Shown: one piece after another, positions 20,582 to 30,705 of the stretch
Layout: each line of letters opens with the position of its first letter
How positions within the stretch are numbered: position 1 is the stretch's first letter
NCBI GenBank assembly: GCA_036676985.1
Contig: JAKFBU010000027.1
Coordinates: 224,001 to 288,000 of the forward strand
Length of the DNA: 64,000 nt
Source: Candidatus Sericytochromatia bacterium
GTDB lineage: Bacteria > Cyanobacteriota > Sericytochromatia > S15B-MN24 > UBA4093
Reading direction: 5' to 3'
Program-made: the position numbers and the translations under genes
Notes under the pieces: model-generated
The model's database searches: none
What the model was told of the DNA's origin: nothing
Seen by the model: the letters and a program-made list of their open reading frames with translations, nothing else

Positions 20582-22230
20582 CGGGCGCCGGTCGCCACCG
20601 AAGCAGGGACGGCCCGCGTGCGGGCCCACTGACGGATATCCTCGACCCGCTCGCGCATGGTCACGTAGAGCGGGACCGTCCGCTCGATGGCGCCCACCAG
20701 GTGGTGTGCCAGGAGGTCGGTGCCCGAGTCGAAGGCGTCGTAGAGGCCCGAGATGATGACCTGCTCGATCTCGGCCCCGCTAAAGCCCTCGGTGGCCTCG
20801 ACCAGCTCGTTGAGGCGGAAGAGCATGGGCTTGCGGTTGCGCTTGGTCAGGTGGATCTCGAAGATGGTCTTGCGCTCCCGGGCGTCGGGCAGGTCGATGA
20901 AGAAGATCTCGTCGAAGCGCCCCTTTCGCAGGAGCTCGGGCGGCAGACAGTCGATCTGGTTGGCGGTCGCCACCACGAAGACGTTGGACTTCTTCTCCTG
21001 CATCCAGGTGATGAAGGTGCCGAAGACCCGGGCGGTGGTGCCGCCGTCCACGCTGCCCGAGCTCTGCATGCCCGAGAAGCCCTTCTCGAGCTCGTCCACC
21101 CAGAGCACGCAGGGGGCGATCGCCTCGGCGAGCTTGATGGCTTTGCGCATATTCTCTTCACTAGAGCCCACCAGGCCCCCGAAGAGCTTACCCACGTCGA
21201 GGCGAAGCAGCGGCAGCTGCCAGTTGCTCGCGATGGCCTTAGCGCTCAGGCTCTTGCCGCATCCCTGGACGCCCGTCAACAAAACGCCCTTGGGCTCAGG
21301 GATCCCGAACTCCCGGGCCTCGCGGGTGAAGGCGCGGGAGCGCTTACGCAGCCAGTCCTTGAGGTTCTCCAGGCCGCCTACGTCCGAGAGCGACTCCTCG
21401 GCGGGGTAGTAGTCCAGGATGCCCGACTTCCGTATGATGAGCTGCTTCTCGGCGAGGATGGCGTGGATGTCCGAGGGATCCAGCGTGCCGTCGTTCATAA
21501 GGGCAGCAGAGAAGGCGTTGTCCGCCTCGTCCAGCGTGAGGCCGAGGGCCGCTTCCAGGAGCTTGTCCTTGTCCTCGGGCTTGAGGCGCACGTAGGCCTT
21601 GCCGAACTGGGCCGTCTGCTGGATCTGATCATCCAGCAAGGACAGGAGCTCCTCACGATCGGGCAGGGGGAAATCGAAGACCACGAGCTCTTTCTCGAGC
21701 TCCTGGGGGATGTTGAGGACGGGCGAGACGAGGAGCACCGCTTTTCCCGTCTGTCGGTCGCGCCGGAGGTCGTGATAGATGTCGCGTAGCATGCGCACGG
21801 CCGCGTTGCGCTCTGGGTTGAGGTCATGGCCCATCCAGGGATGCAGGTCGCAGAAGACGAACAGCCCCGAGATGTCCATGCGCTCGACCGCGCGGAGCGC
21901 CGTGAGCGGGTCGCCGATGGTCTTCTGGTCGAAGCAGCGGCCGTCCTGGAGGTTGATGAGGCCCTTGGTGTAGGTCCAGACGAACATGGCCTTGCCGAGC
22001 CCGTAGCGGGCCTGCAGGCCGGAGATGAAGCGCCGCTCCTCCCAGGTCGACACGTAGATGATGGGATAGCACGCCTTGATGAACGTATCGAGGCCAGCGA
22101 GCTGCTGGTGCCGGCGGCGGATCGGGGGGCGCTGCTGGCCCATGGGCCTGAGGGGCGGCGGGTTGCCGTTCGGCATGGAGGGCGCCGGGCGCCCTATGGT
22201 ACGGCTCTTGTTGGGATCGAACTGGTCCAT
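20578..22230 (-). CDS. Ycf46-like AAA+ ATPase
   Basis: [32 protein letters not shown], degenerate N-terminal AAA-like domain. Confidence 0.93.
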   Translation of the reverse strand: MDQFDPNKSRTIGRPAPSMPNGNPPPLRPMGQQRPPIRRRHQQLAGLDTFIKACYPIIYVSTWEERRFISGLQARYGLGKAMFVWTYTKGLINLQDGRCFDQKTIGDPLTALRAVERMDISGLFVFCDLHPWMGHDLNPERNAAVRMLRDIYHDLRRDRQTGKAVLLVSPVLNIPQELEKELVVFDFPLPDREELLSLLDDQIQQTAQFGKAYVRLKPEDKDKLLEAALGLTLDEADNAFSAALMNDGTLDPSDIHAILAEKQLIIRKSGILDYYPAEESLSDVGGLENLKDWLRKRSRAFTREAREFGIPEPKGVLLTGVQGCGKSLSAKAIASNWQLPLLRLDVGKLFGGLVGSSEENMRKAIKLAEAIAPCVLWVDELEKGFSGMQSSGSVDGGTTARVFGTFITWMQEKKSNVFVVATANQIDCLPPELLRKGRFDEIFFIDLPDARERKTIFEIHLTKRNRKPMLFRLNELVEATEGFSGAEIEQVIISGLYDAFDSGTDLLAHHLVGAIERTVPLYVTMRERVEDIRQWARTRAVPASVATGAR

Positions 22231-22284
22231 GCTCCCCCCTTCGGTCGGTCGGGGATCTTGTACCCGAAGGGGCGCTCGCCGACT

Positions 22285-23745
22285 CTAGGGACTTTCGATC
22301 GTCAGCAGCTGGGGCGGGGTGGCGTCCGCCGGGAAGAGCAGGGTCGTCGTGACGTCGAACCGCGTGCGGGCCGGGACCTCGAGCGTCACGAAGGGCGGCA
22401 TGGCCTGGCCATGCTGGATGACCAGGTGCACGAAGCGCTGCTGCCGCTGGCCCGCCTCGTCGAACCACTCGACCCGCACCGGGCCGCGGAACATGACCGG
22501 CCGGTTGGGCGGATCCACGTAGACCGCCGCCGAGGCCGGCCGATCCCCCACCACCTTGGACGGGTGCGAGAGCGAGAGCGCAAAGGTGCGAGGCACCTCC
22601 GACTGGTTGTCGAGCGGGATGCGCAGCTCGTAGGTGACGCCGTAGTTGCCGTGCGCCTGGTAGGCGCTGCCCACGTAGCGCTTGACCATCGGCGCGCTCT
22701 GGACCTGGCCGGTGCCGAGCGTGTTGAGGACGGCCGTGGCGATGGGGTAGCCCTGACGCTCACCGGGTCCGGGCAGGCGCAGGCCCGAAAAATCAGCCGT
22801 CCAGCGATCGCCCTTGCTGACCCCGGCCACGCGACCGTAGCGGAACGGCCCCTGCGGCAAGGGCTCGCCCGGGACGTATGGGGTGGCGGGGGGCTCCGCC
22901 GGCCCTGCCCGGCGAGCAGCCAGGAGCACGGCGAGGAAGTCGTCGGGAACAGGGACCGTGAAGGCCCCGCTCGGAGACTTGGGAGCAAAGTACGCGACCT
23001 CGGAAAGGCTCACGGGGCCGTCGCTCCGCATCCGCATGAGCGTGGTGCGGCCGTTGGTCGGCGGGCCGATCTCGACGGTGGTGGGGATGCTCCAGTGGTA
23101 GAGCAGCACCGTCTGCCCGGGCGGCAGCGAGAAGCGCGCGGGCGCGATGGGCGAGCGGCCATGCAGCATCTCGGTGGCGATACGATCGCCGGGGCCCGCG
23201 TAGATGGTACCCTCGGGGTCGAGGAGCAGGGGTTGAAGGGACTTGAAGGGGGCGTCCGGCTGGCTGAGGAAGCTGGCTCCGGACAACATGTCCAGGGTGA
23301 CGGGGCGCTCCGCGCGGTTCGTGGCGAGGAAGCCGAGGTAGAGGAGCTTCTCGCCGGGGACCAGGTCCTTGGCGATGTGATGGGAGAAGACGCTGAAGTC
23401 GCCCTCGAAGGCCTGGTCCAGGAACACGGGGGCGTCGTCGGTCGCCGGCGGCGTCATGGTCGAGAGCAGGATGCCCGGCTCCTGCACGATCTCCGGGTTG
23501 TTGCTGTTGAAGACGAGCGTGTTGTCGAGTCCCCCGGGCAACGGCTGGATGCGCACCGGGACCTGGACGGGGACCTGTGGGCGCGGGGTGGGCGTGGGCA
23601 CGGGCATGCCGGGCTCCGGACGGCGCTGGGACACTGCCGCGCACCCCGCCGCGAGCGACAGGATCGTGCAGGCGATCGCCAAATGCTGTAGCCGGAAGCC
23701 CTTGACTTCAATGGCCACCGGAAGTCGGGAGTTCATGCGCTTCAT
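22285..23745 (-). CDS. DUF3370-family lipoprotein
   Basis: PLPGGLD..VFNSNNPE, GILLST, LSQPDAPF, AHGNYGVTY, YP/FPADATPPQLLT; start uncertain. Confidence 0.85.
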   Translation of the reverse strand: MKRMNSRLPVAIEVKGFRLQHLAIACTILSLAAGCAAVSQRRPEPGMPVPTPTPRPQVPVQVPVRIQPLPGGLDNTLVFNSNNPEIVQEPGILLSTMTPPATDDAPVFLDQAFEGDFSVFSHHIAKDLVPGEKLLYLGFLATNRAERPVTLDMLSGASFLSQPDAPFKSLQPLLLDPEGTIYAGPGDRIATEMLHGRSPIAPARFSLPPGQTVLLYHWSIPTTVEIGPPTNGRTTLMRMRSDGPVSLSEVAYFAPKSPSGAFTVPVPDDFLAVLLAARRAGPAEPPATPYVPGEPLPQGPFRYGRVAGVSKGDRWTADFSGLRLPGPGERQGYPIATAVLNTLGTGQVQSAPMVKRYVGSAYQAHGNYGVTYELRIPLDNQSEVPRTFALSLSHPSKVVGDRPASAAVYVDPPNRPVMFRGPVRVEWFDEAGQRQQRFVHLVIQHGQAMPPFVTLEVPARTRFDVTTTLLFPADATPPQLLTIESP

Positions 23746-23977
23746 GGGTCCCCACGGGGTATAATCGACCGTTGCCGATCCATCCTACCATCCTAGAGGA
23801 AGAGGGCCGATGGCCACCCCCGTCGAACGCGTTTGTGCCGACTCCTTCCTGTCCGCAAGGCAGCTAAAGGAAGCCTCCTTGCGGGGTATGGACTAAAGGA
23901 CACCTTCCAGGCGACCGCGGGCGTCGCTTCGCCGCGGCGCTGAACCACCCGGATCCCTATCCAGAATCGAGGTAACC

Positions 23978-24454
23978 ATGGCGAACAACAACGTGATTGC
24001 CGGGCTCAAGAAGGCCTGGGACGACACCCGGTCCTTGCCGGACGGAAACGCCGCCTTCAGCGCCCTCTTCGGCAAGCTGGTCCCCTACGCGGCCACCATC
24101 GACCCGCTCGTCGTCCAGCTCGAGGCCGGGCACGCCCGGATCCAGATGCAGGACCGCGAGCCCGTCCGCAACCATCTGAGCTCGGTGCACGCCGTGGCGC
24201 TCATGAACCTGGGCGAGATGACGAGCGGCCTGGCCCTCGCCTACTCCCTGCCCGAGGACGGCCGCTCGATCCTCACCAAGCTGACCATGGAGTACTTCAA
24301 GAAGGCACGCGGCCCCCTGGAGGCCGAGTGCCGCTTCACGGTGCCGGAGTTCCCCGAGAAGTCCGAGCATCACCTCGAGATCCCCATCCGGGACGCCGAG
24401 GGTGAGGTGGTGGCCAAGGCCACGGCAATTTGGCTCGTGGACCGCAAAGCCTAA
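23978..24454 (+). CDS. hotdog-fold thioesterase (DUF4442/PaaI-like)
   Basis: PYAATI, NHLSSVHAVAL, YFKKARG. Confidence 0.9.
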   Translation: MANNNVIAGLKKAWDDTRSLPDGNAAFSALFGKLVPYAATIDPLVVQLEAGHARIQMQDREPVRNHLSSVHAVALMNLGEMTSGLALAYSLPEDGRSILTKLTMEYFKKARGPLEAECRFTVPEFPEKSEHHLEIPIRDAEGEVVAKATAIWLVDRKA

Positions 24455-24651
24455 GCGCCTTTTAATCCAAGCCCCTGACCCGCCGTGATCACCGCACGGC
24501 GGGTCTAGTCTACGGAGCAGTCGGCGGAACGGGCCTCGGAACGGCAATCAGGTTTGATTTTTGCGCCCAAACTGCCTATACTGAGCCGGTGAGATGAGGC
24601 CTGTCATCCCTGTCGTCGCGGCCTCACGCCCCCTGCATCGAGGATCCAATC

Positions 24652-26073
24652 TTGAGCGAACAGCAGCAGAAAAAGCCGTATCACTACTTCCCCGATCGCG
24701 TGTACCACACCGTGCAAGACTGGCCCGAGGCCGGCAAGGGCCTGGCCCGCGCGCACCAGCTCGGACCCGAAGGGACGATCGCCGAGGTCCGTACCGCCAA
24801 CCTGCGCGGTCGCGGCGGCGCCGGCTTCCCGGCGGCCATCAAGTGGGCGAACATCCGCGCCGACAAGTGCCCCATCAAGTACACGGTCTGCAACTCGGCC
24901 GAAGGGGAGCCCGGCACCTACAAGGATCGCTGGCTCATCCGCCACAACCCCTACATCATCCTCGAGGGCGTCGCGATCGCGGCCTACGCGCTCGGCGCGA
25001 AGGAAGCCTACATCTGCATGAAGGTCATCTTCGAGCGCGAGTACGACCGCCTGACGGCCGCCCGCGACGAGATGGTCGCGGCGGGCATGCTGGGCGACAT
25101 CCCCGTCCACATCGTCAAGGGTGCCGACGAGTACCTGCTCGGCGAGGAGCGCGGCCTGCTGGAGGCCATCGAGGGCAACTTCCCGTTCCCCCGCGTGTCG
25201 CCCCCTTACGTGCACGGCCTCTTCACGGCGCAGGGCATGTTCTCGGCCGAGACCGAGGAGAACAACCCCGCCTGCGTCAACAACGTCGAGACCCTGACCC
25301 ACGCCTGCAACATCCTGCGCGAGGGCGTCGACTACTTCAAGTCGGTCGGCACCGAGGCCACGCCGGGCACCACCATCTTCACGCTGCAGGGCGACGTGGA
25401 GCGCCAGGGCATGTACGAGCTGCCCATCGGCACCTCGTTCCGCCACCTGCTCGAGGAGTGCGGCGGCGGCATCAAGGGCGGCCGGCAGTTCAAGATGATG
25501 CTCTCGGGCGTGTCCTGCGGCGTCCTCACCAAGAACCACCTGGACACCCCCATGGACTTCGCGACCATGAAGGCCGTCGACTCGGGCCTCGGCTCGGGCG
25601 GCTACATCATCTTCGACGACACCTGGAACGCGGTGGACATCGCCTACGCGTACTCCAAGTTCCTCGCCAACGAGTCCTGCGGCCAGTGCCCCTCGTGCAA
25701 GATGGGCACCGCCGAGATCACCATCGCCCTCGAGAAGCTCTCGTACGGCGTCGGCAGCCAGGAAGACCTCGAGACCATCGAGAAGGGCCTGGGCCTCGTC
25801 GCCACGGGCAACCGCTGCTTCCTCCCGGTGGCCGAGAAGGCGCTCATCCGCAGCATCTTCTCGAACTTCCCCGAGGATTTCCAGGCGGCCCTCAAGCCCC
25901 GCGCCGACCGCAAGGAGCCGCCGGTGGCCAAGATCCTGGACTTCAACCCGGAGACCCGCGAGTTCACGTACGACCCCAAGTATCCGTACAAGCGTCCCGA
26001 CGGCCGCTACAACAGCAAGGCCGAGGGTCCGTACCGCTATACCTTCACCGAGAAGGTCAAGGCGCACGTCTAG
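24652..26073 (+). CDS. stand-alone NuoF/HoxF-like FMN-[4Fe-4S] NADH dehydrogenase subunit
   Basis: LRGRGGAGFP, CNSAEGEPGTYKDR, NNVETL, ESCGQCPSC...C. Confidence 0.92.
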   Translation: MSEQQQKKPYHYFPDRVYHTVQDWPEAGKGLARAHQLGPEGTIAEVRTANLRGRGGAGFPAAIKWANIRADKCPIKYTVCNSAEGEPGTYKDRWLIRHNPYIILEGVAIAAYALGAKEAYICMKVIFEREYDRLTAARDEMVAAGMLGDIPVHIVKGADEYLLGEERGLLEAIEGNFPFPRVSPPYVHGLFTAQGMFSAETEENNPACVNNVETLTHACNILREGVDYFKSVGTEATPGTTIFTLQGDVERQGMYELPIGTSFRHLLEECGGGIKGGRQFKMMLSGVSCGVLTKNHLDTPMDFATMKAVDSGLGSGGYIIFDDTWNAVDIAYAYSKFLANESCGQCPSCKMGTAEITIALEKLSYGVGSQEDLETIEKGLGLVATGNRCFLPVAEKALIRSIFSNFPEDFQAALKPRADRKEPPVAKILDFNPETREFTYDPKYPYKRPDGRYNSKAEGPYRYTFTEKVKAHV

Positions 26074-26095
26074 GCTCGAATCGGGCTATAACCGA

Positions 26096-26123
26096 AAAGG
26101 GGCGGGGTAACCCGCTCCTTTTT
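26096..26123 (+). terminator. terminator after the NuoF-like gene
   Basis: AAAAGGGGCGGG-GTAA-CCCGCTCCTTTTT. Confidence 0.75.
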
Positions 26124-26153
26124 GCATCCGAGGACCGCGAGGACCCGCTACGC

Positions 26154-27428
26154 ATGCGCAACGGACTGTTTTTGGGCACCTTGATCCTGGCGCTCGCCGG
26201 CGGCCAGGGGCTCGCCCTCGGCCTCACGCCGGCAGCGGCGGGTACGAAAGCAGCGGCCGCCGGAACGGGCACCGTCGTGCTGGCCGGCGGCGGCCTGTCG
26301 GACGACAACCGCGCGCTCTGGCAGGCGCTGTGCCAGGCGGCTCGATCCGTGAGCAGGCACGAGCGCCCGCGCATCGCCGTCATCGGCAGCGGGCGCCCCT
26401 CGTTGCAGGTTGCCAGGGCCGCCTTTTACCAGGACGAGGACGGCCACCTCTCGTATCAGAACCTCTTCAGGCGCTACGGATTCGATCCCGTCTTCGTGCC
26501 CATTGCCATCGACGCCTACCGCTCGGTCAACTCGGACCCCGCCGTCGTCTCGTTGGTCACGGGCGCGGATGCCGTCTGGTTCGGCGGGGGGTCGCAGGCC
26601 TACCATGCGCGGTGCTTCCTACAGGACGACGGCTCGGATACGCCCTTGATGACGGCGGTCCGCGGCGTGCACCGCAAGGGCGGGGTCGTGGGCGGCACGA
26701 GCGCCGGGGCGGCCGTCATGGACGAGTTCACCTACGGCGAGGCCCGGAGCCACGGCTACTTCCTCGCCAACAGCCTGCCCTACCGGCCGCTCGCGGCCAT
26801 GCACGACGGCCGGGATTCCTCGCTCGCGTCCGAGGGTCCGGGCGGCGGCTACACCCGCGGCCTCGGAATGGTGGCGGACATCGATGCGGCCGTGGACACC
26901 CACGTGAACGCCCGCGGCCGCTACGGCCGGGTGATGGTCGCCATGCGCGCGCTGAAGTACCGCTACGGCATCGCCGTCTCCGAGGACACGGCCCTGTTCA
27001 TCAAGGGCAAGCGCGGCACGGTCATGGGCGCGGACCGCGTGCTCATCGCGGACGGGACAGCCGCACGCTACGGCTCCGACCAATACTTCCAGGTCTCGGA
27101 CCTGATGCTCTCGAGCCTCCGGGGCTCCGACGGCTTCGACTTCGCGACGGGCACGGCCACGAGTGCCAGGCCTGCGGTCTCGGGGAACGGGACCGCGCCC
27201 GGGTTCGATGCCTCCGACGTGTTCGGCGGCGCCGAGTTGCCCAAGGCCCTCGAGACGCTCGGTGCCTCGGGCCAGTCCGCGGCCTCGGGCAGGTCGCGGG
27301 AGGTCACTCCGACGGGCTTCCGGCTCGACCTGAAGCGATCGCCCCGGACCCTCGCCACCCGGGATCCCGCCACCGGCCGGCTCAGCGTCCTCCACGTCAC
27401 GGCCACCGTCACGCCCACCGCACCCTAG
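26154..27428 (+). CDS. secreted cyanophycinase-like serine peptidase (S51)
   Basis: signal peptide; LAGGG, WFGGGSQ, GGTSAGAA, DTHVNARGRYGR. Confidence 0.88.
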   Translation: MRNGLFLGTLILALAGGQGLALGLTPAAAGTKAAAAGTGTVVLAGGGLSDDNRALWQALCQAARSVSRHERPRIAVIGSGRPSLQVARAAFYQDEDGHLSYQNLFRRYGFDPVFVPIAIDAYRSVNSDPAVVSLVTGADAVWFGGGSQAYHARCFLQDDGSDTPLMTAVRGVHRKGGVVGGTSAGAAVMDEFTYGEARSHGYFLANSLPYRPLAAMHDGRDSSLASEGPGGGYTRGLGMVADIDAAVDTHVNARGRYGRVMVAMRALKYRYGIAVSEDTALFIKGKRGTVMGADRVLIADGTAARYGSDQYFQVSDLMLSSLRGSDGFDFATGTATSARPAVSGNGTAPGFDASDVFGGAELPKALETLGASGQSAASGRSREVTPTGFRLDLKRSPRTLATRDPATGRLSVLHVTATVTPTAP

Positions 27429-27458
27429 CGCCCGCTGCTATTCCATAAGGAGACTGCC

Positions 27459-28772
27459 TTGAAACGCTTCGCCCTTGCGATCGCCCTCCCCATGCTCCTC
27501 GTCGGCCCCGCGCTCGCCGCCGACCCGGGACAGCAGGCCAAGGCCCTGATGAAAGGGTACTTCGACTCCTACGTCGCGGACCTGCGCACCATCACGAACA
27601 TCGACTCGGGCACCGGGGACGCGGAGGGCAGCCGGAAGATCGCGGAGTTCCTCAAGGGCAAGCTCGAACCCATGGGGGCAAAGGTCGAATTCCGGAGCAA
27701 CGCCCGCTCGACCCACGTCATCGCCCGCTTCAAGGGTGAAGGCCGGCTCAAGCTCCTCTTGATGGCGCACACGGACACGGTGTTCCTCAAGGGCGACGCC
27801 GCCAAGCGTCCCTTCCGGATGGACGCCCAGCGCCGGGCATACGGCCCGGGGGTTGGAGACGACAAGGCCACGGTCATGCAGACCGTCTACGCCATGCAGG
27901 TCCTCAAGGACCTGGACCACCGCAAGTACGGCGAGATCGTCCTCTACTTCGACGGCGAGGAAGAGACGGGCTCGGACCTGACGGAGGCCATCATCAAAGA
28001 GCTTTCCGCCAAGGTCGACGCGGTGCTCGTCCTGGATACGGCGCGCCCCAACTGGGGCATCGTGACCAAGCGCAAGGGCCGGGCCGAGTACGAGATCAAG
28101 GTATCCGGCCGCTCGGGGCATGCGGGTAACGCGGCCCACCACGCGGCGAGTGCGGTCATGGAGCTCGGGTACCAGCTCACGAAGCTGCACCAGCTGGCGA
28201 GCCCGTTGCCCAAGGATCCCGGCGCCTTCACGCGCGAGAGCCTGGAGCAGCGGGGCATCAAGGAGCACGGGCAGTTCGTGCCGGCCAACACCATCAACGT
28301 GGGGGTGATCCAGACGCCCAACCAGAAGCTGAACGTCATCCCGGACCAGGCGGTGGCGAAGCTGGAAGTGCGCTGCTTCGAGACCAAGGAGCAGGAGCGG
28401 CTGGACCGGGCCATCCGGGCGCTGGCAAAGCAGCCGACGGTGGGTGGGACGACGGTGACGGTCACGGGCGAGATGACGGGCACGCCCATGGAGAAGACTC
28501 CTGCGGTGCAGGTGCTCGTGGATGCCTACCGGGACGTGGTGAAGCGGGAGTACGGGGCGGAGGTCATCGAGTACTCGGCGGGCGGGCTGACGGACGGGAA
28601 CATCTCGTCGCCCTACGCGCCGACCATCGATGCCCTGGGCATCGAGAACTACGACGAGCACACGGACCGGGAATGGGTGGACCTGAACACGGTCGAACCG
28701 CGGACGGTGGCACTCGTGAGGCTGATCCAGGAGCTCGAGGGGCGGCTGGATTTGCTCAAGAAGGCGCGGTAA
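27459..28772 (+). CDS. secreted M20 metallopeptidase (carboxypeptidase G2-like)
   Basis: signal peptide; AHTDTVF, GPGVGDDK, EETGS, GHAG, TDGN, H..REW. Confidence 0.93.
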   Translation: MKRFALAIALPMLLVGPALAADPGQQAKALMKGYFDSYVADLRTITNIDSGTGDAEGSRKIAEFLKGKLEPMGAKVEFRSNARSTHVIARFKGEGRLKLLLMAHTDTVFLKGDAAKRPFRMDAQRRAYGPGVGDDKATVMQTVYAMQVLKDLDHRKYGEIVLYFDGEEETGSDLTEAIIKELSAKVDAVLVLDTARPNWGIVTKRKGRAEYEIKVSGRSGHAGNAAHHAASAVMELGYQLTKLHQLASPLPKDPGAFTRESLEQRGIKEHGQFVPANTINVGVIQTPNQKLNVIPDQAVAKLEVRCFETKEQERLDRAIRALAKQPTVGGTTVTVTGEMTGTPMEKTPAVQVLVDAYRDVVKREYGAEVIEYSAGGLTDGNISSPYAPTIDALGIENYDEHTDREWVDLNTVEPRTVALVRLIQELEGRLDLLKKAR

Positions 28773-28797
28773 CGCGGTTCTTTCGGCTGCTCACTTT

Positions 28798-28931
28798 ACC
28801 CCCCCTTCCCCCCCTGCCTCGCAAGGGGGGCACAAAGAGTCCTGCTGCGCAGGTTTTGACGCGTGAGAAACCTTTGAGGAATCTGCCCCCGCCAGGGGGC
28901 CGTCCACCAAAAGCCCCCCTTGCGAAGCAGG
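28798..28931. repeat. REP-like inverted-repeat doublet, right arm interrupted by IS481 (continues 30201-30220)
   Basis: 34-bp arm ACCCCCCCTTCCCCCCCTGCCTCGCAAGGGGGGC; the reconstructed right arm matches its reverse complement with 1 mismatch. Confidence 0.85.
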
Positions 28932-30200
28932 TGTATAGACCGGACACATGGGTAACAGGTGTTCGGGGACATGGGTAACACTTACCCATCCACTCTGAGG
29001 TCTACTTCTGCCACCCGTTGGTGGCAGAAGTAGACCTCGAATCTTCCGTCATCCAGGGTGGGGCGCAGGGCTACGGGCAGCCCCTTGAAAGCAATGCCCA
29101 CCTTATGAATTCGGTTCTTGTAATGGATTTCGCCCTTCTGCTGGACCTTACGCACGATATCGTCCGGACCGTATTCGATGGGCGGTAGCTGCTCGGGGTA
29201 GTCACGCCAACTCACCCGGTAGCGGCTTCCCGGGACGTCCATGTTCAAGGCCGAGTGCGGGCGTTCGTAGTTGTAGACGTGCAGCCACTCGTCAAAGTGG
29301 TACTGGCAGTGTTTCAGGTCTCTAAAGCTACGGTTGTTAAGGACTTCCGCCTTGAGCGTCCGGTGGAAGCGCTCGTCCTTTCCCTGCGTCTGGGGGTGGA
29401 AAGGCCGAGAATGACTCACACGGATACCCAGCCGCATGAGCCATACCGTGAAGGCCGTGTAGTCATGCATCCCAGAGGATCCCCAAGGCGGCCCATTGTC
29501 CATGGACATCCTGTCGGGGAGACCATATCGCCGGAAGGCCTCGGTTAAGCGGGATTGGACCGTGCCTCCCTTTTCGTTTGGGCACGCCTCGAGGACCAAG
29601 GCGTAGCGCGAGTGGTCGTCTAGAACCGTCAGGGGATGGCATTTGCCTTCCCCCGTCTCGAAGTAGCCTTTGAAATCCATCTGCCAGAGTTGGTTGGGAG
29701 CCTTGTGCTCGAAACGTTGCCAAGGCTTGTGCTTCTTGGCTTCCTTGGGGTCGAGAAGACCATGCTTACGGAGGATCTCGGTGATCGTCGAAGCCGCGGG
29801 CACCCCTTCTACCCCTAGCTTGATCAAGCGAGACCTGAGCAATCGCCCACCCCAAGCAGGGTGTGCCTGACGTAGCGTCAGGATTCGCTCCACTACTGCA
29901 TCAGGCGTCTGCTTGGGTGACGAATGGGGACGTCTAGTTCGGTCTTCTAGACCGCTCAGTCCAGCTTCTTTGAAGCGATGGAGCCACTTGTAGGCTGTCT
30001 TCGGGGCGATTCCAAAGCGTCGACAAAGTTGAGAGATATTAGCCCCCGGGGCACTGGCCAGGAGCACGAACTCGGTTCGCAAAGACATGGTTGAAACCTC
30101 TCGCCATGGCATCGATCGTCCTCCTTCTTGGAAGACGATCGTGCCTCAGAGTGTTACCCATGTCTCCGAACGAGTGTTACCTATGTCCCCGGTCTATACA
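28932..30200 (-). mobile_element. IS481-family insertion sequence, 1269 bp, 5-bp target duplication GCAGG
   Basis: TGTATAGACCGG...CCGGTCTATACA terminal inverted repeats with internal repeated ATGGGTAACA; GCAGG at 28927-28931 and 30201-30205; lower GC than flanks. Confidence 0.96.
28982..30112 (-). CDS. IS481-family DDE transposase
   Basis: MPWREVS start, HTH, WQMDFKG, LDDHSR, DNG, PQTQGKDERFHRTLK. Confidence 0.96.
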   Translation of the reverse strand: MPWREVSTMSLRTEFVLLASAPGANISQLCRRFGIAPKTAYKWLHRFKEAGLSGLEDRTRRPHSSPKQTPDAVVERILTLRQAHPAWGGRLLRSRLIKLGVEGVPAASTITEILRKHGLLDPKEAKKHKPWQRFEHKAPNQLWQMDFKGYFETGEGKCHPLTVLDDHSRYALVLEACPNEKGGTVQSRLTEAFRRYGLPDRMSMDNGPPWGSSGMHDYTAFTVWLMRLGIRVSHSRPFHPQTQGKDERFHRTLKAEVLNNRSFRDLKHCQYHFDEWLHVYNYERPHSALNMDVPGSRYRVSWRDYPEQLPPIEYGPDDIVRKVQQKGEIHYKNRIHKVGIAFKGLPVALRPTLDDGRFEVYFCHQRVAEVDLRVDG

Positions 30201-30231
30201 GCAGGGGGGGAAGGGGGGGTGGTAACTCGGT

Positions 30232-30702
30232 TCAGGGCAACTTCGGCTGCACCGGCCGCGGCACCTCGGGGTTCACCTCGAGCAACCGCACCTCGTCCCC
30301 CACCCGCATGGTGCCGCCCACCACCACCCGGGCCAGCTGCCCGCGCCGGCCCCAGCTCTCCTTGAGCAACCCCGGGCGGATCCGGTTGACCTTCGAGCAG
30401 GGCACGCACGTCATCGTCAGCTCCACCACCACCTCGGGCCCGAGCGCGATCCGCTGCCCCGGCGGCAAGGTCTCCAGGGGAATCCCCGCCACCAGGACGT
30501 TCTCCTTCAGCGCTCCCGGCGCAAGTCCCAGCGCCTCCCGGTCCGCGTCATCCAGCAAGAGCACCTGGCGCTTGCCGCCTGCCCGCTTCATGAAGTGGCG
30601 ATCGCCCACCAGGCCCCGCTCCGCCACCGCCTCGGCCACCGCCACCGGCGTCACGGGCGTCTCGCGCTCCATGGCCAGGTGCAGCCCCACGATCTCCGCC
30701 AT
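30232..30702 (-). CDS. MOSC domain protein
   Basis: GLVGDRH, RQVLL, ENVLV, CVPC, RRGQLARV. Confidence 0.9.
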   Translation of the reverse strand: MAEIVGLHLAMERETPVTPVAVAEAVAERGLVGDRHFMKRAGGKRQVLLLDDADREALGLAPGALKENVLVAGIPLETLPPGQRIALGPEVVVELTMTCVPCSKVNRIRPGLLKESWGRRGQLARVVVGGTMRVGDEVRLLEVNPEVPRPVQPKLP

Positions 30703-30705
30703 CCG

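Noticed and set aside
23810-23896. 28-aa ORF MATPVERVCADSFLSARQLKEASLRGMD upstream of the thioesterase
   Set aside because: Purine-rich upstream sequence but no motif or other support; could be chance.
24594-26153. 944-aa ORF apparently fusing a long N-terminus to the cyanophycinase
   Set aside because: The N-terminal part is an off-frame shadow of the NuoF-like gene; a terminator lies at 26096 and a signal peptide starts at 26154.
28932-28981. Short direct repeats (CATGGGTAACA) as a CRISPR or iteron
   Set aside because: They are the internal repeats of the IS481 ends, mirrored at 30151-30200; no repeat-spacer array or cas genes in the window.
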